In this document: positions 48,671-60,500 of the stretch, in pieces | Layout: the number at the start of each line of letters is the position of its first letter | Numbering within the stretch: the stretch's first letter is position 1 | DNA from: Botryllus schlosseri | Lineage: Eukaryota | Direction of reading: 5' to 3' | DNA length: 64,000 bases | NCBI GenBank assembly: GCA_051294905.1 | Contig: CM119374.1 | Span: 8,432,001-8,496,000 of the forward strand | Position numbers and translations under genes: made by a program | Notes under the pieces: generated by a model | Database searches by the model: none | Seen by the model: the letters and a program-made list of their open reading frames with translations, nothing else | What the model was told of the DNA's origin: nothing

Positions 48671-49999
48671 CAGGCCGTGTTATTTTTGGCATATGTCAAA
48701 ACTACCAAAAATAGCTTATTTTTGGCATTTTTCAATTTTTATTTTTGGCAGTTTTGGCATCGACCTCTAAATAGATATTTTCAGACTCGAATTAGTCATA
48801 AAAACGCTTTATTTGGGTCAGTTTATCAATAGAGACCAAAAAATGTGCAGCATCCACTTATAATCAGTACCAACAAACAATAATAAGAGAAAACCTAGCG
48901 ATTACATAGGTTAATAATTTCAAACGAAACCACAAAATGTGCAGTATATATCTATTCGGAATCGGTGCCAATAAGCAAAAAGAATGAGAGCCCTAACAAA
49001 CACGCTCAACACCTGATTGTTACAGCTTTTGAATAGACTCATATTGTTTGCACTGTAACAGCGCTTCCAAACTCAGGTCAGCTAAGTTTCTCCTGAATTA
49101 ATTTTTCGCCCAACGAATCTGGGAAATATCGGCTTCAACAGTAGCCGTTGAGGGAAAGAATGTTGCCAGTCCTCCACAAAAGGTTTTCAGACCTTCAAAA
49201 TTTCGGAAGGCAGAACCGCCTTCCAAGCATCATGAAAATAGATCACTGCGCTAGTGCCATCGATCTCATCGCGGAAATAATTTCCTTCCCGATACTTTTC
49301 CAGGAGTTCCCTGTGTTGTCTCTCAACACAGCATTCTATTTTGTAGCGCGACCATCCCATCTCCAGCAGTCTACCGATATATTTTAGGAGGACTTTTGTC
49401 ACGTCAGATGGCTTTAATATTACCAACTCACATGGAAGAGTCCTGGGAAGGATGGCTTGTTCAAGAATATTAACGCAACAACTGTCTGGCAAAACGAGAC
49501 TGTAGCTCAGAAATAGCCGGACTGTTTGTTGTGTCACAATGTTCAACTCGATCACAATGCAAAAATCGTGCTTGAATTTGGGGGTTCCAGATCCATGAGC
49601 AGAATACAATTTATGTTTTAGTAATCAGTACAGCGGCAGCTTTCCATTGATAACCGTTTTATCAAATTTAGCGCTCGGCAAGCCGGTCAAAAATGGCCGT
49701 AAAATTGCCTTTGGACTAATGGAAAGTATGACGTAAACCAAATGCAGTCAGCCGTTCAATCTCGCTGTGCCCACGCCATTTAGGACACCATGCTTTCTCC
49801 CCTAATGGGTGGGCCGGACCCATAGAGTAAGAAACCTGCCCTTAACACACGCTCTTCTCGCTTGTAATGCGTTCCTGTTAACACAACAACATGAAAGAAA
49901 TACACTATTGGCAGGCCGTGTTATTTTTGGCATTTTCAAATTTTTATTTTTGGCAGTTTTGGCATCTGGCTCCTGAAATGCCAATAATAACACGGCCTG
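48671..49999. mobile_element. Non-autonomous DNA transposon with 8-bp TSD (hAT/P-like), present only in the right arm
   Basis: TIR CAGGCCGTGTTATT(T/A)TTGGC. Perfect TSD GGTATAAT (48663-48670, 50000-50007). The empty site is present in the left arm near 21250. A degenerate coding fragment lies at 49187-49609(-). Confidence 0.9.
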
Positions 50000-52495
50000 G
50001 GTATAATGAAATCTCTCATGTCTGAATGCTGAACTGTTGGAGATTGAAATTGTAACACTGCAAAATTACCTCCAACGCAAAGCCCACCGGGCTGCAGCAA
50101 ACTTTTAGGGCCTTATTGACACGGATAAGTACAATGAAGTATGCGCAGCAGCCCCGAAGCCGTGCATTTTTACTGGAGCTGCAGCCTAAGCCGGAGCTCC
50201 ACATGAAATTAAGCCGGAGCCAGAGCCGGAGCTGGAGCCAGGTATTTGAGGGGTAGCTCCGGCTTCGACGTATTTCATAATATGCTATTATATATGCAAC
50301 AACCATATCTGCTGAGTTCACCTAATTCAACAACAGGCCTTCGCGAAATTAAGAATCTTTTCCTCTTTGGCGCTACCTTTTCCAACTAACCATGTTCCTG
50401 GGGATTGACCATCAGCAGAGCATTCGTATGTTCAATGTTCAATTTTCATACATTAGTGCCGAATCTCGGTGAGCAAAATATGCCTGTGAATATTGTGGGT
50501 TTTCGGCATACCCTAAATTTCATCATCAGTACAACCTTGTTGGCCAATTGTATACGGCTCGAAAATAATGATCACTATGTATTGCGCGAAATGGGAGAGC
50601 GGATAAAAACGTGATTTCGTTTCACATGTCGATATGACGAGCACGAGCCGAAAAATTCCATCTCATCGTTGCTATGAATCGGATGAGCAAATACGCGTTC
50701 TTTCGTGATAGTTCTTTAATCGGGCTATGGAATTGGACAGTGTTATTGAGTATGCAATTATGCATGCTAATTGGAATTCATTACTGCGTATCATCGTCAT
50801 TCACTCCAGTAAGGATTTTCGAGCGTAAATAGGGGATGGCAGAAGAGTAGCCCAAAACCCCCTGGTATTTTATGTTGGAGACAAATTACTGATTTGATAC
50901 GCGATTACCAATTTGTAATCATATGTTTCGTAAACTTGTAAATTTGCAATGTGCATACTGTATAGTTTAATTCGTTATGGGCATGGCGCAATGTGCAGGG
51001 CACAGTGTTTAATTCGATTATTCGATTCGTTTCAACGGGAAAATATTATATTCCGATAAACTTGATCGACACCGGATGGATTGGTAACGAGTGCACCAAT
51101 ATCGAACGTCAAATCATTGGCCATTTGGTACAAATCGAATTTTTATTGATCACGTGGTTATATCCGCCCATATTGCTCTTACTACAGTTACAGTTGAATA
51201 ATAATCGCCATTTAAAGATTGGATTGAGCTGTATGGCTTAATGCTAACGAGTAAAGTGCCAGTGTTAAAACGCCACATCAGAATTTTAATGCTGTACACA
51301 GCAATGGCACGGAGTAAAATGGGTTCTAGTGCAACTATGATGTTATCGACAATTGACAAGTATTCATTATGTCGTCACAAGCCGACTCGGCGGCACCCAT
51401 GTCTTCGTTGCTGCATCCGATGTTACTGACGGCTAACAGACTCTAGATTACTATAGATCAGTGCTCTTCAACCTTTTTCGACGTGGTACACCCTTTTAAC
51501 GTTTGCTTAAAACTCGTACACCCCTGTTCATTAGGGGTCTTCAAAAATGACTTTTTCTCAAATCGTACTGGCTACTTGATAAAATTGTTAGGTTACCTAA
51601 CTTAAGCCTACAAACCAGATTTGTTTCAATTCCAACCAGTAGCCGCATTCCTACGGGAGAAGAAAGTTTCTATTTATTATATAAAAATTACGAAAAATTT
51701 CAAATTTTTCTGTTCACCCCATGAGAGTACTACGTTGTCTATGAAAACGATATTCTTCAAATTTGGTTCAATTCCAACCAGTAGAAGCGGAGTTATTGCC
51801 GTCAAAAAATTTGGATTTGAATAAAATAGTATTTGGTCACAGAGTCTATATATTCGCAGCCAGTTAGGCCGCCCGCCACGCAAATTCGAATTTATTACGT
51901 GTCAGCCCAAAAACAGCATGACATTACGAACGATAATCAACCTGAATGTAACAGTATTGGGGAGAGAGTAGGTAAAGCTACTGCTGCAGAAGCGGTAATT
52001 CAGATCAGCGATGATAGCAGGCGCACCAGCCTACTGCGTATCAGGCCTGCCCCACACCACACACAGTCGATAGTGGCACATGGGCTGCAAGAGATGTCAG
52101 TAACCTCAGATCGTATGCCGCTATACACAGTCTATTGTCGCTAATTTGCATCACTAATAACAAAATACTAAATTGCAAATGTATGGCGAAATAATGGAGA
52201 TAAAATCGGCATTTTAAAACAAAAGGGTTTCGATTTCAACATGGAAGCTGTTTCGACCCGGGCTGGCTACGTCACTTCATTTATATGCATTGCGGTATTT
52301 ATTAACGTTGGGTAGGAAGTACCGATTCAAGAAGTCTGAGCTATCGCGGCGGTTCCCCCAAAAATCACTAAAAGACAAATGACTAGCTCAGTGGTTCCCA
52401 ACCTTTTTCATCTCGTGCCTCCCTTGGCCGAAATTTGAGCCAAAATTCCTCCCTTAGGAGAAATCCGCCCGATGATTAAAAGAGGTAACTTTTAA

Positions 52496-54286
52496 CCACG
52501 CAATCACCGGTTGACCGAAGAATAACAATTGTACCCACGTACATTTTCCATTGAAATTTCCAAGTTAGTTATATTTTTTTGTACGGTATGCCGTATTTAT
52601 TGGTCAGAGCGTTTAAATACTGTGCTTTAGGGAAGTATAGCACATGTTGCTGCACCAGTTCTCTCTCCATTCGTCTTTTATTTTTATCATCCTTTCTGCC
52701 CCTTCGATCAGCTATCGTCATGCCAGTCGTCCCACTTCGTTTCCTCTACCTTCGTCTCTTGCCTTAGCTGCTCAAATCCATCATGAGTCCAGAGATGTGT
52801 GACATCATACTAAGAGAAACAAATCGAAGGCTAGAAGAGTTTATGAAGCTTTCAACAACAATCTCGCAGAAAGATTTCGTAATGCTTCTGAACAGCCACC
52901 ACTAAGAACATTCGAGCCCTTTACTGAAGTTGAGCTCAGTGCATTTATTGGCATCCGTATTGCTGCTGGTGTACACAGGAATAACAAAGAGAATCTGGAC
53001 AATATGTGGAAAGTAGGTGCTTTGCTTCTTATACGTGCAGCTATGTCTCGTGACCGCTTCAAGTTGATGCTCAGATTTATCAGATTTGACAACGATAATA
53101 CACGTGCAGAGCGTGTGCGAACAGATAAAGCTGCACCAATACGAGATCTGTGGCTAATGCTGAATAAAAATTTGGAGAGAGCCTACAAGCCACATGAATG
53201 TATCACGATAGATGAACAATTGTTTCCAGTTCGAGGACATACCAAATTCACACAGTATATACCATCTAAACCAGCTAAATATGCCATCAAGGTGTTCTGG
53301 GCTTGTGATGCATCAAACGCCTACCCGCTGCATGGTCAGCTTTATACTGGAAAACCAATAGATGGTCGCCGACAAACAAATGTTGGTGAGCGAATAGTTT
53401 TGGACCTGGTCTGTTTGTATAAAGCCTCTGGAAGAAATGTCACCACCGATAATTTCTTCACTGGTATGCAGCTAGCTAAAGTATTGAACACCTGGGACAT
53501 GACTTTAGTTGGAACAGTCAGAAAAAACAAAGAGGTTTTTGCCGAGCAACATGCAGCCTGGCAAGGAAAGAGCACTTCACTCGACCAATTTCGCCTACCA
53601 TCGAGATGCAACAGTCTGTTCATATGTGCCAAAGAAAAACAGAGCAGTTGTGCTTTTATTATCCATGTACAATTGCACATGACCGGGGAAGTCGAAGCAA
53701 CACAATCAAGCAAACCAGAGATAATCAGGTACTATAATAAAACCAAAGAGGGGTGGACACAATGGACAAAATGGAAAATCGAGGAGCTACACCGATTGTT
53801 GGCAGTTGCTATGTCTGCAGAGATCAGAAACGAAAACAACGTAAAACCAGGAAAGGGTGCGTGGCTTGCGTTCAGCCTGTGTGCGACGAACACTCCATAA
53901 CAAAAACAAAGTGTATTACTTGTGACACTTACTAAACCCATCTCGACTAAGTTTTCTTTCATATTTCTGTGTCAAATAAATCATTTCTGTACTATGTTTC
54001 ATGCAACATTCCAAAAATTGTATTTGTGTTATGTATACTGGCATTATTTAGATACACAATGTGCAAGGGTACAATTGTACCCATACCGCCTGTTAAGGGT
54101 GTAAAAACAACTCGACCCTAAATCTCGGTAACGTGTAAAGATTTTTTGCCGACATTTAGTCTGCATAATCTAACACAGAAATGTAGAGATGTCAGGAAGT
54201 TTCAGGTCTCTCGGGTTTCTAGAAAAAAGACTGTCGTATTTTAAAATTGGAATGGGTACAATTGTACCCATGCAGTCGGACAAAGG
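52496..54286 (+). mobile_element. piggyBac transposon relic with frameshifted transposase (about 52780-53935)
   Basis: MSRDRFKLMLRFIRFDN, ITIDEQLFPVRG, YIPSKPAKYAIK, VTTDNFFT, LVGTVRKNK. Cys-rich C-terminus CYVCRDQKRKQRKTRKGCVACVQPVCDEH. Right end ...AAAGG then TTAA (54287-54290). The left boundary is less certain. Confidence 0.9.
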
Positions 54287-54353
54287 TTAAAACCACTGAG
54301 CTATAAAATTATATAAAACTAGTCCGCGGCCAGGGCGGGCTCTTAAGGGGTTC

Positions 54354-56300
54354 TCAGGTCCCACTTTGAGAACCACAACGAAAAGTAAATGAGCCATTCA
54401 TTTCCAATTTGTTTTCAATCACATAAGCATCACCCCCATCGGTAGCCACGACTCCGATCTTGAGAGCTGCTACATCGTCGGCTTCCTCGACATTGGCGAT
54501 GCATCGGTAGATTCCAGAGTCGTCCAGAGATAAGTTCCGAATATTCAGTTTTCCTGATTTCATCATAGAGTGCCGGCCGCTCTCTTCGCCGGCTCCGAGT
54601 TTTTCTCCGGAAGGAAGAACCTGAATCAGATCAAACCTCTTGATACAACATACAACTGATGATTCTTGTTGTCTAATTAGAATAATTACTGTAAAATGTC
54701 GGTAATTAATCCTAATCTGACTACTGAAATGTTCCTATATGCTCTAATTTTAAATATAATATAATTTGTGGTTTTCATGAAATTGCAACAGAGAATTGTG
54801 TAGTGCGAATCGGGCGAAGCTTTGTGGACAGACATTCGAAATTTTTTTGCTTGGGAGAATGAACTTGATGTCGAAGTTTTTGCGAACTCGATAATAATTA
54901 TAGTCCAAGTTGAAAACAAATGTGTAACTATATTGTGGCAACCCGGGGTTTCCAGAATGTTCTGTATTGGCCTTTTGGAAATTATGTTGCGCGTGGTATG
55001 GCTGGAGACCGCGCGTGGAGTTGGCTGATTAGGGACTCGGCTGAGAGCGTGGCTGAGAGCGTGGCTGAAAATGGATGTGGGTGAGTATGTCTCTGTGTTT
55101 GGTACCGTGAAGTATGAGTAGTCAGGAGCAGCAGCGTGAAGTTGTTGTAGTATTAGGCAATTTGGATGTCAAGTAGCAGGAAGTTGTCATGGTATGGACT
55201 TGAGGTGGATGAATCCTGTCGGAATCCATGAACCGATAGATGGACTGAGGCATGGAAAGATCACGGATGATGCTGTGCTAGCGTCTGGGGAGTGATATTG
55301 TCCCGCAGTTAGTCGCTCGCCTGTGGATGGCAAGACTACTGCTGGCGTAGGTTTTGGCTTAGCTGTGTGAAGTTCGGTTGCTGTGTGTAGGCCTGTGTCT
55401 AGTATCGGTAGGTCGTATGTTTCCGTTATCAGTTTGCATGTATCGCTCTGTATCGTGAGAATATTAGTTTAGTATGAAACGCCGTTTTGAGTATTGTGTC
55501 GTGGAAAACAATCTTATTATAACCGTATGGACCTGTGTACTGTGTTGAGCGTTCCGTCACACGAGCGCAGAGCAGGCGGCGATCCCAGAGAGACGAGGTA
55601 CCGAGCCCAGGAACACACCCGCTTCCCTGTTATGTTAGGTACACAGCGCGCCGTATCAGGGACGCTACACTATAATTATAATTCCAATCTAATTTGGAAA
55701 AGTTGATAATTTTGAAGTTGACAAGCTCTGCACACATACACAGTACACACATCACGTCCACGTACCCACGTCACGGAAGGTTTAGGCTGACCGACGGCTT
55801 TGCATTTCGTCGAAAACTTCTTTCCACCTTCCAAGAGTTTCACGTCAATAAATGCCGGATCCGGGTAGCGGATATGAACCCAAGCCAGTTTAGAAAACTT
55901 TTCCGAAACTAGATGAGGCTCTTGGCTGAAGGATGAGTTCAACTCAAGACGATAGAAGTTTGACATCTGAGCAGAGAACGGTTCCATAGTTGAGTCGACT
56001 CGACATGGATATCGAATATCGAACCTTCCAGAATCGAATCGTAACCTCGTTGCTGTTAACAAGAAATTCGGAATCTGTTCCAATGGTAGCTCAAGTGAAC
56101 AGCGCATCCTCTTGATCGATCCCTGGCACCTGGACCAAGAGACTTGACTCAAAGACAGGTGACCCAAACCCAGGTTGATCAAAGTAGTCGATGCCACCCA
56201 GTGTAAGAGTAATACCGAAAATTGATACCCTAAACAAGTAAAACCAGCTATTCCCAGGACGTGTTAAAACTGCTTCCAGTGGAAGTAGAAATGACATGTC
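54354..56300 (-). CDS. Immunoglobulin-superfamily protein exons (I-set-like domain split by intron 54621-55765)
   Basis: Splicing joins KCKAVGQPKPSVTW to VLPSGEKLG...KLNIRNLSLDDSGIYRCIANV, giving the canonical C...W...DxGxYxC Ig pattern. GT/AG phase-0 junction. Outer boundaries are uncertain. Confidence 0.78.
54934..55669. mobile_element. Probable solo LTR in the Ig-gene intron
   Basis: TG...CA ends with an imperfect terminal inverted repeat (TGTGGCAACCC / GGGACGCTACA). Flanks CTATAT and CTATAA resemble a TSD. GC-richer than the surrounding intron. Confidence 0.6.
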
Positions 56301-57519
56301 TGAAAAATACACAACTAAAGGTTTCAAAAAGTACAGGTTTTAGTCAAAACTCCTTTCGCCATTTGGACTTTGAAAAGTTTAAAGTAGCTTTAAGAAAAGT
56401 GCCATGTTGAAAATATATTCAATTGCCCCGATTCAGTGATGCAAATTTATCTCCAAACGACTTTCTTTGGTAAAAAGTACACACAGGGTTAATGATTGAC
56501 GATAGCGAAGAAGTAATAGCATTTTGGTAATCAGCCCTCCAAAATTAGTCAAAAACGATGAAAATATGGTGTCAAAAAGAAATTCGTTAGAATTTGTTAC
56601 GCCGTGTTATTTCACGAGGTTTTCGTGATAATTTCACTCGTAAAAATGACACTAAGTAATCTCAAAACTACATTCCACTTTCTAAATAGGAAAAGTAAGT
56701 ATATTTGTGTGAAATCACTTCGTATGTCTTGGGAAAATGCAAGTAGCCTACTCCGCTATAGAGCACCTCTGTTCAAACCTCGATTGTGAATCCGCTTCTG
56801 CCGTTCCGTGGGATGAGTCTGGTCGAGCGTCTCTCGTACATCCTCACGACCTCCTCTGATAATCCCAAGGACAAAAACATGGCGGAACACCGGAACTGAG
56901 ATTCGAACGAAGCTCGCAATCGTTGGTCGGCCATCTGTCGGTATTGGGATGAAGTCGAATTGGGATTTTTGCTTACCCAAAACATTTTATATGTTATCTC
57001 TAGTTCAATACAAGAATTCGAAATGGTACCACTAAGACAGTAGGGTTACCATATTTTCAGATTCGTAAAAGAGTACCCTTTTTCAAGTTTTAATAACATA
57101 CATAAAAACGGGAATTTATACTGCTAATCGTGATTCCACAGGTGAGTTGACCGGTATGTCATTTGCGCGAGATACCGAGAAGAGAAATACCTGACGGACT
57201 GACTTGATTGGTTCGTTTGCCAACTCGCAACGCAACGTCATAAGAGATCGATGAATGCTGCGCAAGACGATTCCAAGAGTCATCGTAACGTTGCTGTTTT
57301 CAAACAAGATAAGATCTGAAAATCAATCAACGGTGAGACATGTGTTGACAATTTGTGGCCAGCTATACAGATGATCAGAGGTTGGTAAACAAGAAAAAAA
57401 CTTTTTCCAAATTAAATCAGAAATAGAATGACCGAATTCGAAAAAAACTGGATATCGAACTAAATTGGTAAAAATAAAATCAAGTTCTGTTCATATCAAA
57501 TCACAGTTCATTCTTATAA

Positions 57520-60500
57520 GCATGGGAACGGCAAATGCCTTTACACGGAGCCTGGCTCGTTTCGTACGATACAGATCTCATACAGCATTTACAGGAAGAC
57601 CAGAATTCGATTATATTGAAAGTGAGAGCATATATGCGAAATCTCTGTGGAGGCATTTTGCAAATTAGGTTAGAACTAGAATTATCTAGGTGTCCAATCT
57701 CTTACGAAGATGCGAACCATTCTCTGTTTCGATTGAACGAATTTCCTTCGTAGGAGAGCGCGAGCATTCCACTGACGAATTCAATGGAAGGCCTCTGGCT
57801 CGCTCGGGAGAATGGCACAGCGGACAGCCGATGTCACATCTGCAATGTAAAAAAAAAAACTTTTAATCTCTCACAGATCGGAATTATAGATTCGCGGGCA
57901 AAATCAAATCTAATTCTATTCAGTATCAGCGATATCTAACGTAATTGTTCCTGGCAGAGCACTGATCATTTTAAATCAACCGAGAGAAACTGCTTCGAGA
58001 ACGACGAAATATGGGTCGGTTTGCGGCAACCACTGCTGTAAAGTAATATTAGGAATGTTGTCAGGCTGCCTTATCTGAAAATAACGCATTTCCACATATT
58101 CTGTCATGGCAACATGAAGGTATAGTACCAACAGTCAATGGCTCCTGGTGGTCAATACGAAGTACCTTTACTTTTTAAGATTACTGAAGGATATTTTGCC
58201 TATCTGCACTACTTAATCAAGTGATTCATGTTTGTATACTACTTTCTTTTCTGTCAAACAGTTTTTTAGGCAAGACAAGCCTACATACTCTTTGCGAAAT
58301 CCGCAACTAGAGCTATAACTAGAACTACTCACTTTGCAGAACTGGCAACTAGAACTATAACCAACGACCTTTATAAGTGACGAGATAGCGTAGAAACATA
58401 ATCCACAGCTGCATCACCAATGGGGTTGCGGGTTCGAGTCCGACCAAGGTCGACTCCAGCATTCCTACCTAAGTGTTGGAGGTTTATCTAGGCTCCTCCT
58501 CGCCATCTCATCCGTGTAAGCGGCGTAGTAGTAGTTGTGGAAGTGGTGACTGACAATGGCTGACCAACATCGTTCAACAGAACACCGGTATCTTGAATCA
58601 CGCAAAATGACAAAACGTGTTTTCTTGTTGTTTGGCGACTCATCTTTTTTCAAATATGCAACTAGAACTAAAACTAGAAGTACTGAATTTTCAAAATCTA
58701 CAACTAGAGCTAGAGCTAGAACTACTCACTTTTCAATATCCTCTACTAGAACTGGAACTAGAACTACTCAATTTTCAAAATCCGTAACTAGAACTAGACC
58801 TACTCAAAAAACCTTATTTACTTGACCGTCAACTGACTAAAAAGGTTGTTTGTAGAAGTCTTGTTATAGTATGACTGTAGCGATTTATGGGTGAAATTGT
58901 TATAGCGACTGGACATTATATCCCACGTATTTCGTCGACTTAATTTAATTTTAAAAATGCCACTTACATGTTTCGTCTTTTATCATTTTTCGTTACTCAA
59001 GAAGACTAACCTTGCAATTTTGAAAGTAGGTGAAACAGCTACCTCCGACCGACTGCTAAAAGTATGCGTTTTCAAACTCAGTTACTCGAGTACTTTTGAG
59101 AGCTTCATTTTCTTATTACAATTGAATAAATTTTGATATGTCTTGGACAGTGCTACTTCTACTTGTAACTGTGTAGAAATTTGTGTCGTTGGTTCTATTT
59201 CTAGATGGGTATTAACGATGAGTACGGTTATATGACATTCCAAAATAGAAAAACAACATAATTTTTCAAATATATAACTGTCCTTATAGAAAGGCAATCC
59301 ACTCTCCACGTTACCAAGATCCCCCGACTTCAACCCGAAGAAAAATACCGGATGCAGTCAGCCGAAAAGCCTGACAATGTACGAGAGTTCAATCAAGCAA
59401 GACGGAGAGATAAACAACACGAATTGCGCGCCAACGAAACCCGAAGCAAACCAATTAGCGAAGGTCAATATCGTTCACATCGCGACCGGTACATTCGACG
59501 TAAAGTGCAACGCAATTCCGATAAGAAGTGTGGGATCTCTTCGAAAATGAAGGCGCCAAGATTACGAAATGACGGAACGGGATTCTCTAAAACACTCCAA
59601 CAAACTGCTCTGTGGGAGATCAGACACAAGTAAGCTTGGATTAGGTCTACATCGGTGTACGTGCTCTGTACAGTAGTGTTTCTTTAAGTTTTTAGACCGC
59701 GACCTAAATCCGGGTTTTGGTGGCAACTCGCGACCCAAACCTCACACATCAAAAGAATGTGTTTTTGATATTAGTTATATGCTACGTTTTTACGGGCATA
59801 TCGGACGACAATTGTACGCAACGCAGCTGTATGAAACATGTCTGACGCACGCGATTTCCAATGGGGTTGCATTATTTCTTTTAAGGGTCGTATCTGTATT
59901 GCATTTGTACTGCTGTCTACACCAGTGGTTCTTAACCTTTATGTCTTCGCGGACCCCTTTATCTCGATTACCGCGCAACCGTCATCTGCCTTGTGCAAAT
60001 ATGAACGGTAGGCCTATGCTAGTGATAAACAGCAACAAAATGACCTTTCTTGAAATTCACATCATACTATTCATGTAGAAATTGGAAAGACGTTCATTAT
60101 TTAAAAATAAATTCTGTGGCTGCATTATTTGAAATACATTGTCGTGTCTCGAAAATCTGCGCAGTCGATTTGGCATGAACGATTGCGGAAAATCCATTAA
60201 TTCTCACATGAACAGGTGGAGTGCGGTGGTGGTGAATGTATTAATAACGCGTAACGCTTCCGACGACACGTTTGTGTCTGATAGTGCGGATCATGGACCG
60301 GAACCGGATTGGATATCCGGCCGGATTTTTACAATTTCGACCGGACCGGATCGGAGCCGGATCAGTACTTTTTCTGTTACGGCCGGATCGGAGCCGGATC
60401 ACTACTTTTTTGATCCGGCAAGAATCTTTATGGATAAGCATAACTTTTATAACTATATAACTACCAACCAACCACACGTAAATAACCACCAAGCCAGTGT

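Larger units (their letters stand above)
43839..51458 (+). repeat. Right arm of the inverted segmental duplication
   Basis: Reverse complement of 19757-26068, plus a 1.33-kb insertion at 48671-49999. Confidence 0.95.

Noticed and set aside
19757-51458. A single giant transposon (Polinton or foldback type) with 6-kb TIRs
   Set aside because: No TSD at the outer ends and no polB, integrase or capsid genes in the spacer. The arms contain an ordinary spliced host-type gene. An inverted duplication is simpler.
58405-58460. tRNA gene
   Set aside because: It has a B-box only, with no A-box or cloverleaf. It fits a SINE remnant better.
58290-58830. Ser/Thr-rich coding repeat (ORF 58556-58825)
   Set aside because: It derives from ACTAGAACT subrepeats of a MITE family that also occurs at about 10540-10650.
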